From NCBI RefSeq assembly GCF_004010195.1, contig NC_057718.1, positions 92,206,044 to 92,270,043 of the forward strand: DNA of 64,000 nucleotides, in the 5' to 3' direction. Positions 24,742 to 36,155 of this stretch are shown here, in pieces. The notes beneath the pieces were generated by a model. It worked only from the letters and a program-made list of their open reading frames with translations. It had not been told where the DNA came from and did not search any database. The first letter of the stretch is position 1. Each line of letters begins with the position of its first letter. The DNA is from Chiloscyllium plagiosum. Taxonomy: Eukaryota. The position numbers and the translations under genes were made by a program.

Positions 24742-25048
24742 ATCATGGAATCCCTGCAGCGTGGAAAGAGGTCCTTTGGCCCAATAAGCCCATACTGACC
24801 CTCTGAAGAGTAACCCACCAGACCCATTCCCCTAACTAATGCACCTAACCGACACATCCCCAAACACTATGGGAAATTCATCTCACCCAATCATCTTTAG
24901 ATAGTGGGAGGAAACCAGAGCACCTGGAGGAAGCCCACACAGGCATGGGGCAAATGTACAAACTCCACACAGACAGTGACCTGAGGCCGGAATTGAACTT
25001 GGGTCCCTGGCACTGTGAGGCAGCAGTGCTAGCCGCTAAGCTACCCAG
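24742..25048 (-). mobile_element. HE1-type V-SINE
   Basis: Reverse-complement V core and tRNA head. Confidence 0.88.
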
Positions 25049-26707
25049 TGCTTTGGAGCTTTACAAAATTAACTGTACAGGATACCTTGTAAATAATACT
25101 TTCCATGTCTCGGGAAAACTATCTAGTTTCTAAAGTGGATGAAACAGGAGTATTTTAACTCAAAGACATGGAATATTTAGGGTCAGATGAGAAGTCAAAA
25201 TGCTTAAGATTCAAATCCCAGTCCAACCCACTCAGCTCCAGTTTTAACAGAGGGCTGGACCACTGGAGTAGGGTTCAGTTATGGGTGATCAAATATTCCT
25301 CAGGGGGCAAGTTCACATTTCCTTCCTTTTCATTTATCACTTTGAGTTCAACTTAGATGGTTAGGTTTTCCAGACAAGGACCGCTGAATCCAGGATCTAG
25401 TGGCCTTCCACTTACCTGTTGCAATCTGTGTACTTCTGTGCCACATGATTAGATAAGTGTATCCCTCACCCCATCCTTCCAATCCCTTCCTAATCTCCAC
25501 TGTCCCCCTCCCCAACCAATGTGAGGTCTCTGACCTGCTCCCAAATCTTGACCACCCCACACTACACCTTGTCCCCATTTAGAGCATAAGACAGAGGAGT
25601 GGAAGCAAGGCCATTCGGTCCATCGAGTCCACTCCACCATTTAATCATGGCTGATGGGCGCTTCAATCAGCATGAAGCTTCCAAGTTTACAAACTCTTCA
25701 CATGAGGCATTCTTTATGGAAATCTGGCCAAAAAAAAACTGCCTTTTCAGTACAGGGAGGAGAGTCATAAAGGGCATGGTGGTGATTCAGTGGCTGGTGT
25801 AAGCAGTCTTGGTAATGAAAGCTGTGTAGCTACTCAGATGTTGGCAGGTCAATGAAGATAAAACAGGCATTGACAACTTGAACAATGTTAGAATCATGTT
25901 GATAGAATCTGTTAATTGCCCTCTCAAATCAAATACTGTTCAGTATCTCCTTGCAATCTCCAAGCGGAACAAGCAGACTCTTCTTTTGAAATTGGAATAT
26001 TGGAAATTTAGCAGCATTTGAGGAGTGAGAAAGACAGTCAATAATTAGAGTTGAATATAACTTGTTCAGAACTCAAGAAGGAAGAATTGTGATGGGTTAC
26101 GTGCAGTTGAAAGGGGGTGGAGAATGAATGAAAGGGAAGGTTGGAGATAGGGAAGAGGGTAGGAGGGTTTAAAATGATCAAACCTTCTTGGAACAAAAAG
26201 TAAATGGATTGGTAATGGCTGCAGTAAAGAATTGTTGCACTTGCTCTGAGTGAGTGTAACAGGCAGCAGAAAGAACAGCTATGTGTGAAAGCAAAAACAT
26301 GAAAAGCAAACTTCAGATCAACAAATGCCAAAAAACAGATTCAAGTAATATTTGCTATAATTACTGAGTAATTATATTCTGGGAAGTTTAATGACTGAAT
26401 TTATTTGTTTAATATTAAAGAACAGAAAATAATTTTATATATTGCTGGGCCTTTACTAGAGACCCTCATCTCAGGAGAAGGAGGTTGGAATTTGTGAAAG
26501 TTGCTGTCTAAGAAATGCAAAAATAACACATTAATTTCAATTTACCCAGTTTAGACTGAAGAAGGAGGAGGGCACCATAAACCAGATTTCTCTGTTTTAT
26601 GACTAGTAACAGATACAGAGAACAATAGAAAATCTGATAGAATATAGAGAAAACATTCAGCATGTTTACAGCTCTTATCGTTTTCCTGGTTCTAAGGAAA
26701 ATTATAT

Positions 26708-26980
26708 TTAGAGTCATAGAGATGTACAGCATGGAAACAAACCCTTTGATCCAATTCATCCATGCCAACCAGATATCCTAAAGCAATCTAGTCTAATTAG
26801 CCAGCACTTGGCTGATATGCCTCCAAACCCTTCCTATTCAGATGCCTTTTTAATGTTGTAATTGTACCGACCTTCACCACATCCTCTGGCAGCTCATTCC
26901 ATACACACACCACCCTTTGCGTGAAAAACTTGCCCCTTAGGTCCCTTTTAAATCTTTCCCTTCTCACCCTAACCCTATGT
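26708..26980 (-). mobile_element. CR1 LINE 3' end
   Basis: Minus ORF ERFKRDLRGKFFTQRVVCVWNELPEDVV. Confidence 0.9.
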
Positions 26981-27544
26981 CGTAATGTTAATTTGCTTGA
27001 TCTCCCAGCTGAAACTGACTGACCTGGCATAAGTTTACAGCTTTTCCTGGAAAAGCAAGTCTTATGGTGGAAGTCAAGAAGAAAGCTGCTCTTGGAAAAT
27101 TAATGAATGCAACTAACATCTTGTCTCAGTTCCCAGAACTAGCATCAGGATGTGACAGTGTGACAATCATCTGAACAGAAACATCAGCAGATCAGGCAAT
27201 GGATGGATGAAGGCAGACATACCCCGGAATTTGGGGTATTCAAACTGGATGGTCATGGCAACAAAAAGTACTTCTTGGAAATTATAAATCATTGGAATTG
27301 CAGAGAAATCAAAGGCCTTATTCTTAAAGGCAGGATGATTGTAACTACTCAAAGTTTGTGTAAACATATTTTGCCCATAATTCATGTGGAACATCCCAGT
27401 GGTAAGGTGTGCAAACAAAGCCTTTATGATTCGATAATGACCATGTTTGAATCTGGAACTAAATAACCTGATGGAAAAATTGCCTTTAACCTTTCATTTC
27501 TTAACACAAATGATGTGCAAAAAATTCCAACTAACACCTGATTT

Positions 27545-27632
27545 ACTGAAGAAACTGAGCAGGTCTGGCAGCATCTGTGGAGAAAAAACAGAGTTAACAT
27601 TTTGAGTTCACTGACTTTTCATCAGAACTGTT
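27545..27632 (-). mobile_element. Penelope-like pLTR fragment (family B)
   Basis: gcaggtctggcagcatctgtggaga...gagttaacattttgagttcactgacttttcatcagaact. Confidence 0.65.
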
Positions 27633-27639
27633 TCACAGC

Positions 27640-27805
27640 TCCTCTCTCTCATTAGAGTTTAATCAAGGAGTCACCATGCCTTAGGCAAGGGGTGAATTGA
27701 GAAGGTGAGACCTTCATGGTAACTTCACCCACTACAGGAATTGAACCCATGCTATTAGCATCAGTGTGCATCATAAACCAGCCAACTGTGCTAACCAACT
27801 CCCTT
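27640..27805 (-). mobile_element. Short tRNA-derived SINE; related copy at 29772-29960
   Basis: Minus-strand head gggagttggttagcacagttggctgg...gggttcaattcc. Both copies end in ctaatg(a)gagagag. Confidence 0.6.
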
Positions 27806-28228
27806 AAGCGCAACACTAAAGATGTTTTCATCCATGATAGTTATTCTCATGTTATACAGAATTCTGTAATATGTGCTAAAATAAGAGAACTAACTCACAC
27901 TGCTTCATGTTTATATTCTGCCAGAGCCACTTAACTCCTGATCCTATTACAGCCATGGGCCAAACATGGTGAAAGGGTATCAAACAAGTGGGCTGCTTTG
28001 TCCTGGCTGCTGTTTGGCTTCATGAGTGTTGTTAGTATTGCTTCTGGCAAGATCATAGGTGATACAACATACAACTATTGAAAAAGTCCTACCCTCCTGT
28101 CTCTAAAACAGACAGAGTCTGCCCATGCATCAAATACAGCTTGATTTAATTAGTTTCTCATTATAGGCTGTGATATTATAGAGTCGTATAGTCAAACAAC
28201 AGGGAAACAGACCCTTCTGTCCAACCTG

Positions 28229-28324
28229 ATTCCTGAAGAAGGGCTTATGCCCGAAACGTCGATTCTCCTGTTCCCTGGATGCTGCCTGACCTGCTGCGCT
28301 TTTCCAGCAACACATTTTCAGCTA
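28229..28324 (+). mobile_element. Penelope-like pLTR unit (family A), young
   Basis: Nearly identical to the arm at 10343-10434, with CpGs intact. Abuts a CR1 tail at 28180-28228. Confidence 0.88.
28231..28262 (+). ncRNA. Minimal hammerhead ribozyme motif (best-preserved copy)
   Basis: tc-CTGAAGA-a-GGGC-ttat-GCCC-GAAA-CGTC-ga: CUGANGA and GAAA core boxes, 4-bp stem II, palindromic ACGU in place of stem III, GUC triplet. Confidence 0.75.
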
Positions 28325-29964
28325 TCTTCCTGCTATATATTGTACTGAGATTCATGCTCAACTACAGGCAGTCATTGTTGAACAAATGTTATTCAAATCC
28401 ACTTGCTGCTATTGAACTAACTTTGTTTAGGGGTCCTCTTGTGGCGCAGTTATAGATTCCCAACCCCTAGAATGGGAGTTCTGTGCTTAAGTCCCACCTT
28501 CTTTGGAGATGTGAACTGACATCTCTGAAAAGGTTGCTTAGAAAAATAGGTTAGAGAAAGAATGAAATAATTTTGTTTACACCTCCCCAACAGAGAGGGT
28601 GACATAACAAAATGTCAAGATTTTGCACCATAGTACATGTGGAATGATGACAATTGAGGTATTTGAGAAGGCAGAATTAGAAGACTGCATTGTCTAGGAA
28701 TATTATAGAACTGGAGGAAATCACAAGTGCCTGAAAATCAAAGATATTAATTTTAGAATCAACGCATCATATGACCATGTCTCAGCGTATGACAGCAAGC
28801 AAAGGGATGATGAGTGAACAAGGTGGAAATGTGTTAGGACGTGGGAAGCACAGTTGTAGAAGACATTGAGTTTTGGAAGGGCAGTTAATGCAAAAGTGCA
28901 GGATAATTTGTCAGCCAGGCTCTGAATTGACAAAGAGAGCTAAAAGGAGTGAAAGTATCTCTCGATACGTTATCTAATTGTAAATTTGAGTGTCAAAACA
29001 CAATCTGATATGAAACCAAGAACAAGTAATGCCCACAGTGTCCATTATATGGATTACACAGACTCTTTTCAGTCTTATGGATGTAAATATCATATTTGCT
29101 CATTCTCTCTTCACATTCAACATAATTTCCATTGTGAACAATGAATTCAAGCTTTGTTAGCACACTCCGGCTGCCAAAGTTCACAACCAACTTTACAAAT
29201 AGTCGACTCAGGCCAATATCTCTAGTGCATCAACAGCTTGAACCAATCTCCAAACAAAACAGAAGCTTTTTTGGATCCATCATAAAACACCACCACATGA
29301 ATTACCAACTGAGAAGAAAAATGAGTACCTGATGCTTTGGAAATAAGGGCATAAAGGCCAAAATCTGTTGGGCTGTTTAAATATATTCGGAGAGTACTTG
29401 TTCTTCATTAAAATGACAGCTGCAATGCAATAAAGAACAAGCAAATACTGGAACATAGCTGTTTAGTAAACACTGCAATTAAGTGATATCCCTAGTTCCT
29501 ACAGCAATGCAGACACCGTCATTGCCACAGTGCAGCAGTATGTTAGGGGTCAAACTGGGAACAAATCCAACTCCAGCCACGATAAATAGGAAACCTGATT
29601 CTCTCATCCTCTTAGGAGCTGCTTGAATCCTATCCGGTTTGTGGGTTCACTAAATCATAGAAACTTAGAAAAAAATCAAAGTATGGAAAGAGGCCATTGC
29701 ATCTGTGCTGGCTAAATAGGAGCTCTCCAGTCAAATCCAACCTTCCATCTCTTGCTCCACGTGAGACCATTGGCATCTCTCTCCATTAGAGAAACAACTG
29801 GTTATTTGTAGCTTGAGGGTAATCACTCCACAAGTGTAGGGTAATTTGGGGAGGTTGGCCTCCATGAACTATCACGGTCGGTATAGGGACTGAGCCCATA
29901 CTATTGGTTTTATTCTCCATCACACTCTAGTCATCTAGCCAATTTAGCTAAATGATCCCCAACA

Positions 29965-30228
29965 TTTAGAGGGACAAAGGTAAGTTGGGAACACCATAAC
30001 ATGCAACTTTCCCTCCAAGCTACATACCATCTTTACTTGGAATTATACTATTGTTTCTCCATTGCCACTGGGTCAAAACTCTAAAAGTACAGTGGGTGAA
30101 TTCACAAATAAAGGACTGAAGCAATTTAGGAGAGTAGCTCACCATCACCATCTCCAGGCCACTTAGGAATGGGCAATAAATACCTGCCTAGTCAGCAAGA
30201 CTCACATCACATACACGAATATGAAAAT
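29965..30228 (+). mobile_element. LINE family B 3' end
   Basis: Reverse-complement homology to 8978-9270; ends ttaggaatgggcaataaat...cacatc. Confidence 0.75.
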
Positions 30229-30419
30229 AATTTGAAATCTTTTTATCACGTGTGAACAAATACTATGTAATTGGCAGAAGAGACCAGACAACCAATCAAG
30301 CAACATTAAATGAACGGTAATATATTTCCCAGACAATAAAGGTTAATGGTAAGGAAATTTCCATTTTTGTCGCATTGAATGGATTGTATCAATTATATAT
30401 TAATTTTATTTGATTAATT

Positions 30420-31285
30420 AAATGAATTGTTGGATTATGCCATTTGGGATTATGAACACCCCAACCATATTTCAATCATTAATGAATAGAGTCACAACTG
30501 AAGTGCCTAATTGTGTGTTATACATGGATGACATCATAGTATACAATGTTACATGGAAGGAGCATATGGAAGTGTTAGAAAACATGTTTACACAATTATT
30601 GTCAACTGGGTTGGTGTTAAATCTAACAAAAAGTGAAACTGCAAAAGACAAGGTGATGTACTTGGGACCTTTTGTGCTACAAGATCAAGTGTCACCCAAA
30701 TAATAAAATTAAAAGCTTTAATTGATATCCCCACATCTAAAACAAAATGAAAGAAAATAAGGTTCTTGGGAATGTGTAGATTTTTTTGAAAATTTTTATT
30801 TAATTTTACTACTGAAGCCATATCCTTAACTAATTTGCTACAAAAACAAACAAAGATGGAATGGTCTCCAGAATGTCAGACAGCCTTTGAAAAGCTAAAA
30901 ACAATTTTAACAAATGAACCTGTAATAATTGTATCTAACTCCAACAAGCTATTTAAATTAACAGTAGATGCTATAAATTTGGGGATTGGAGCAGATTTCT
31001 TACAGGACACCCAGACTGGAATGAAGAAGAGCCATGGCTTATTTATTGAAGACATTGAACCTATTCCACCATGAACCAGGAAGTATTGGCAGTGTTAACA
31101 GCTCTTCAACACTTTGAAGTTCATGTTTGACATGAAAATTTTGAAATTGTGGTTCTTGTTGAAAATTTAGAAAATAAGACTTCAAAGCTGTTCAGATAGA
31201 GCCTAGATTTTCAACCATTTAACATAAAAACGGTATATTTCCAAGAAAAGAGAATGCAATTGCTTATATTTTATCCTAAATATAA
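30420..31285 (+). mobile_element. Ty3/Gypsy pol remnant (RT and RNase H), with stops and frameshifts
   Basis: MPFGIMNTPTIFQSLMNRV, YMDDII, WSPECQTAFEKLK, FKLTVDA...IGA and a terminal FR*SL.FQPFNIK...ENAIAYILS*. Confidence 0.9.
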
Positions 31286-31445
31286 ACTGCTGTGAATTTA
31301 AGGATGTGACGAAGCAAGTTGAATCATTACTAAAAATCTGGTGAGAAGAACAATGAATGGCTGTGAGTTTTGTGTTTTGTTCGTCATTTAAGTATTAGTA
31401 ACCTTGTCATGAAGTGTGTTTTTTAATGTTATGAGGGTGGAGGCA

Positions 31446-32420
31446 TGTTAGAAAGGCCACTGATACTTCATTATCTTTACTTTACTCTTTTAGCAGTTTT
31501 GATTTGGAGCTGTGAACTGGGAACTCTGAGCTTAAGATTGACTTTTGGACTGTGGGTAACAGTTTGTATTAAAAGGAAAAGAGATCAAACAATCTTTTGT
31601 TTATTGGTGAGGCCGGGCCTGGAAATTAGTTGCAGATTGGTTCCTGATCAAGATTCTATAGATGTTTCATCTGTGGGGAATAGCATTATGTTTAAACAGA
31701 CGGCAGAGTTGGATAGTAATGATGACGCTGCCTGGGAATTGGCTCCAGCAAGTCTGGAGAAATCTTTGTGCTCAAGCAGATGGCTCATGTTGAATGGTAA
31801 CTGGGACCTCTTGGAGAAGATGGTCAATCTGTCAGGGAGTGGTAAGAGTTTGAATTGAATTTTGGATTGTATTTTCTGTGAAACTAGCTGTTGATGCTAC
31901 ATCATGAAAATGTTAAAGCTCCTAGCTTAACTTCCTGTGAGCAGCTGTTAGAAGCATAGATAATAGAAAACTAAGTTATATGTATTAGTGCTTTTGTCTG
32001 TGTGAACTGTAAAAGTGACCCTGATTGAAATCTTCAGAAAATCAACCAAAGAACCATCATCGTCTGTGGTACAATGCATCATGTAAACCACTTAAGTAAT
32101 CCAATCAGATTTTCTTTTAATTATGTATTATATCTGTTTGTCTGTCCTTTGTGTGAATAGAGCTGAAAACAAAGGCTTTGGGTTTATAGCATAGACCAAT
32201 TGTTGTTTAATTTTACGCTGCTAAACTTGCTATACTGATAATAAATTGCTAAGTCGTTTGTTTAAGATACAAACTGGTGCTTGGCATTGATTAGTCAAAA
32301 TTCTGATGAGGAACTATTGGAGTCAATTTTGATGATCTTTGAGAGCTTTCATCTTACTGTGTTGCAAATACAGATGTACAAAGACTGACTTGGTTCAGCT
32401 GACTGTCTCCACATCATATT
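31446..32420 (+). mobile_element. Probable 3' LTR of the Gypsy element (3' boundary approximate)
   Basis: Polypurine tract gagggtggagg (31433-31443) followed by tgtt. AATAAA near 32240. LINE family B begins at about 32430. Confidence 0.6.
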
Positions 32421-33466
32421 AAGCCATCATTTTCCCACGTATTTGCTGCACTTGTCCTCCTAGATGGTGGTATTTGTGTGTTCGGAAGGTGCTGTCTAAA
32501 GAGTTTTGATGAATTCCTGCATCTTGTAAATGGTACACACTTCATTTTGGTGATGGGGAGACTGAATATTGGAGGTGTGAGATGGGGTTCCAATCAAGTG
32601 GGCTACTTTGTCCTGGATGGGCTACTTTGTCCAATGTTCTTGAGCATTGTTTGAACTGCATTTTTCCCAGGCAAGTGGAGAGTATTCCATTGCATTCCGA
32701 TTTGTGCCTTGTTGACATTGGACAGGTTTTGGGGAGTGCGGAGGTAAGTTACACAATGCAGGATACCTAGCCTCTAATCTTCTTTTGTAGCCACTATATG
32801 ACTTGTTCAATTCAGTTTCTGATGAATGGTAACTACCGGATGTTGATATGGGGGATTAAGCAATGGCAATGCCATTGAATGTCAAGGGATGATGATTAGA
32901 TTCTCTCTTCTTGGAGATAATCATTGCCTGGCATTTGTATGGCATGAATATTGCTTGTCATTTGCCAAATCTGGATATTATCCAGTTCTTATTTTGTTCA
33001 AACTTGGACTGTTTTAGTATCTGAGAAGTTGTGAATGGTGTTGAACATGATATAATCATTGGCGAACATCCCCACTTCTGACCTTATGATGGAGGGAGGG
33101 TCATTGAGAAACAGAAGATGGTTGGGCCTCTGACACTACCTGAGGCATTCCTGTAGAGATGTCCTGGAGCTAAGACAATTGACCTCCAATAACCACAACC
33201 ATCTTCGTTTAAGTCACATATGATCCCAACCAGTGGAGAATTTTCCGTGATTCCCATTGACTTCAGTTTTGCCAGGGCTCCTTGATGCTACACTCAATCA
33301 ATTGTCGCCTCAATTGCAAGAGTAATCATTCTCACCAACCTCTGGAATTCAACTCTTTGCCCATGTTTAAATCAAGGCTGTAATAAAGTCAGGAGCTGCA
33401 TAACCCTGGCAGAATCTAAACTGAGGATTAGTGAGCAAGTTACTGTTAAGCAAGTGCTGATTTATG

Positions 33467-33551
33467 AAGAGCATATGCTCAAAATGTTGACTGTCTTGCT
33501 CCTCGGATGCTGCCTGACTGGCTGTGCTTTTGCAGCACCACACTTTTCGAC
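33467..33551 (+). mobile_element. Solo Penelope-like pLTR fragment with imperfect 12-bp TSD
   Basis: tgctgatttatg (33455-33466) and tgctgattcatg (33552-33563) flank family A pLTR sequence. Confidence 0.8.
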
Positions 33552-33884
33552 TGCTGATTCATGGCACTATTGATGAACCCTTCCATTATTTTGCTTATGC
33601 AAGCGAGTCAATTGATGAGACAGTTATTGTCTGGTCTGGATTTGTTCTTTTTTGTTAAAAAGGATGCCTGGGCAATTTCCACATTGTCGAGTAGTTGCCA
33701 GGATTGTAACTGTACTGAAACAGTTTGGCTAGGAGAGCGGCAAGTTCTGGAGCACAAGCTTCAGTCCTATTTCCAGAGTGTTGTTTGGGCCCACAGTATC
33801 TAGCCATAGTATTCCGATATCACATAAAGTGAATCGAATTGGCTGAAGACCGGCATCTATGATGCCGGGAACCTCTGGAGCAGA

Positions 33885-34331
33885 TGAAAAAGGGCTTATG
33901 CCTGAAACATCGATTCTCCTGCTCCTCCGATGCTGCATGATTAGATTCCCTACAGTGTGGAAACAGGCCCTTCGGCCCAACCAGTCCACACCGACCCTCC
34001 GAAGAGCAACCGACCCAGACCCATTCCCCCCTAACTAACGCTCCTAACACTATGGGCAATATAGAACAGCCAATTCACTTAACCTGCACATCTTTGGGCT
34101 GTGGGAGGAAACCAGAGCACCCGAAAGAAACCCACGCAGACACGGGGAGAATGTACAAACTCCACACAGACAGTCGCCTGAGGCTGGAATCGAACCCGGG
34201 TCCCTGGCGCTGTGAGGCAGCAATGCTAACCACTGAGCCACCGTGTCACCCCGTTGTCCTGATCTGCTGTGGTTTTCCAGCACCACACTTTCGACTCTGA
34301 TCTCCAGCAACAGCAGTCCTCACTTTCTCCT
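33885..34331 (+). mobile_element. Penelope-like pLTR unit split by an HE1 SINE
   Basis: pLTR sequence at 33885-33938 resumes at about 34255-34331. Degenerate TSD aacctctggagcaga (33870-33884) and aacttctagagaaga (34332-34346). Confidence 0.8.
33939..34252 (-). mobile_element. HE1-type V-SINE, full length
   Basis: Head ggggtgacacggtggctcagtgg...gggttcgattcc, V core, tail gtagggaatctaatc. Confidence 0.93.
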
Positions 34332-35563
34332 AACTTCTAGAGAAGACCACTTGGTACTTCTGGCTGAAGATTGTTTCAAATGCTTCAGCCTTATCTTTTG
34401 CACTGATGTGCTGGGCTCCCCAATCATTGAGGATGGGGTATTTGATGAGCCTCCTCCAGTGAGTTGTTTAATTGTTCACCACCATTCACAACTGTATGTG
34501 GCAGGGCTACAGAGTTCAGATTGGTTGCAGAATCATTTAGCCCAGTCTATCGCCTTTTGCTTGTGTTGTTTGGCAAATAAGTAACTCTGGTGCATAGCTT
34601 CACCAGGTTGGACACTTCATTTTTAGGTATATCTGATGTAACCACTGGTGTGCCTTCCAGCACTCTACCAGGGTTGGCCACTTAGCTTGACGGTAATTGA
34701 AGAGTAGGGGATAAGTCAGGAAGTGAGTTTGTGGATTGTGTTGGATCAAAGCACCTCATGGATGTCCAGTCTTGAACTGCTATCTCTATTTGAAGTCTAT
34801 CCCATTTAGTACAGCGATAGTGCCACACAATACAATTTCCTCAATGTGAAGATGGGACTTTACCTTCACAAGGACTTCACTGTATGATAGTCACTGTTAC
34901 TCATACATTCATGGACAGATGCATCTGAACAGGTGAGGACAAGGTCAACTGTGTTTTTCCCTCTTGTTGGTTCCTTCACCACTTGCATTGACCCAGTGAA
35001 GGAGCTATGTCCCTTCAGTCTTGACTAGTTTGTCAGTATTGGTGCTGGTCAGGCACAATTGGTGATAAACACGGAGGTCCTCCATGCAGAGTAAATTCTA
35101 GGAAGTTTTAGATAATACGTGTTTACTGTTTCTTTCCTCATCTCCCGAAAGTATAGTGATAATGAAGAGGTGGTTCAGGATATAAAGTGATGCACCAGTG
35201 CCCTATGTGAGATTATCCAAGTGAGCTGATTGCAACAACAGGAGTATCATACTCATCCGCATCTATCTTTTGAGTAACCAATGGATAGTTGTTGAGGTTG
35301 AGAAGGCAGGCTGATTTAATGAGAATCAAAGTCAGCTGTGGGAACCTACCTGATTCAACTCCATACTGTTCAGTCGTGGCTTACAGCCTGGAGAAGCTAC
35401 ATTTGTGTTTAAAAGACCTACATGATCATATAAGTTAACTATTTTTTTTCATTATGAGAATAGACTTATTTGGTATATTAGATGTATTTTGTTTATTAAT
35501 GTAGCATGTTAACACCTCATAAAATATGAATACCTTTTAATAAATTAGAATATAGTTAACTTT

Positions 35564-36155
35564 TCAAGACGAGAGGGCATAGTTTTAAAGTAAGATGCGA
35601 GATTTAAGAAATACATGAGGGACAAATGTTTTACACAGAGGATTGTTTGCGAGTGGAATGAACTTCCAAAGGAAGTGACGGACGTGGGCACAGTTACAAC
35701 TTTAAAAGGCACTTAGAGAAGTGGCATGATAGCTCAGTGGTTAGCACTACTGCCTCACAGCACCAGGGTCCAGGGTTCAATTCCCACCTCGGGGCTGTGT
35801 GGTGTTTGCACATTCTCACCGTGTCTGCTTGGGTTTCCTCCGGGTGCTCCGGTTTCCTCCCACAGTCCAAAGATGTGCAGGTTAGGTGAATTGGCCACGC
35901 TAAATTGCCCATAGTGATAGGTGCATTAGTCAGGGGTACATGTAGGGGAATGGGTCTGAGTGGGTTGCTCTTCGGAGGGTCAGTGTGGACTTGTTGGGCC
36001 TGTTTCCACACTGTAGGTAATCTAATAAATTCATGAATAGGAACTGTTTGAGGGATATTGGTCAGGAACAGGCAGGTGGGACTAGTTTAGTTTGGGATTA
36101 TGTTTGGCATGGACTGGTTGGACTGAAAAGTCTGCTTCCATGCTGTATGACTCTG
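35564..36155 (+). mobile_element. CR1 3' end interrupted by an HE1 SINE
   Basis: CR1 acaactttaaaaggcacttaga continues as catgaatagg...gggatat after the SINE. Confidence 0.85.
35721..36025 (+). mobile_element. HE1-type V-SINE
   Basis: tagctcagtgg, gggttcaattcc, V core, tail gtaggtaatcta. Confidence 0.92.

Larger units (their letters stand above)
32430..35100 (-). mobile_element. LINE family B, EN-RT remnant with nested insertions
   Basis: Minus strand EPTRGKNTVDLVLT (EN, about 34940-34975), QFRFCQGYAAPDFITAL (RT, about 33370-33425) and GMFAND (about 33060-33075). Confidence 0.85.
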
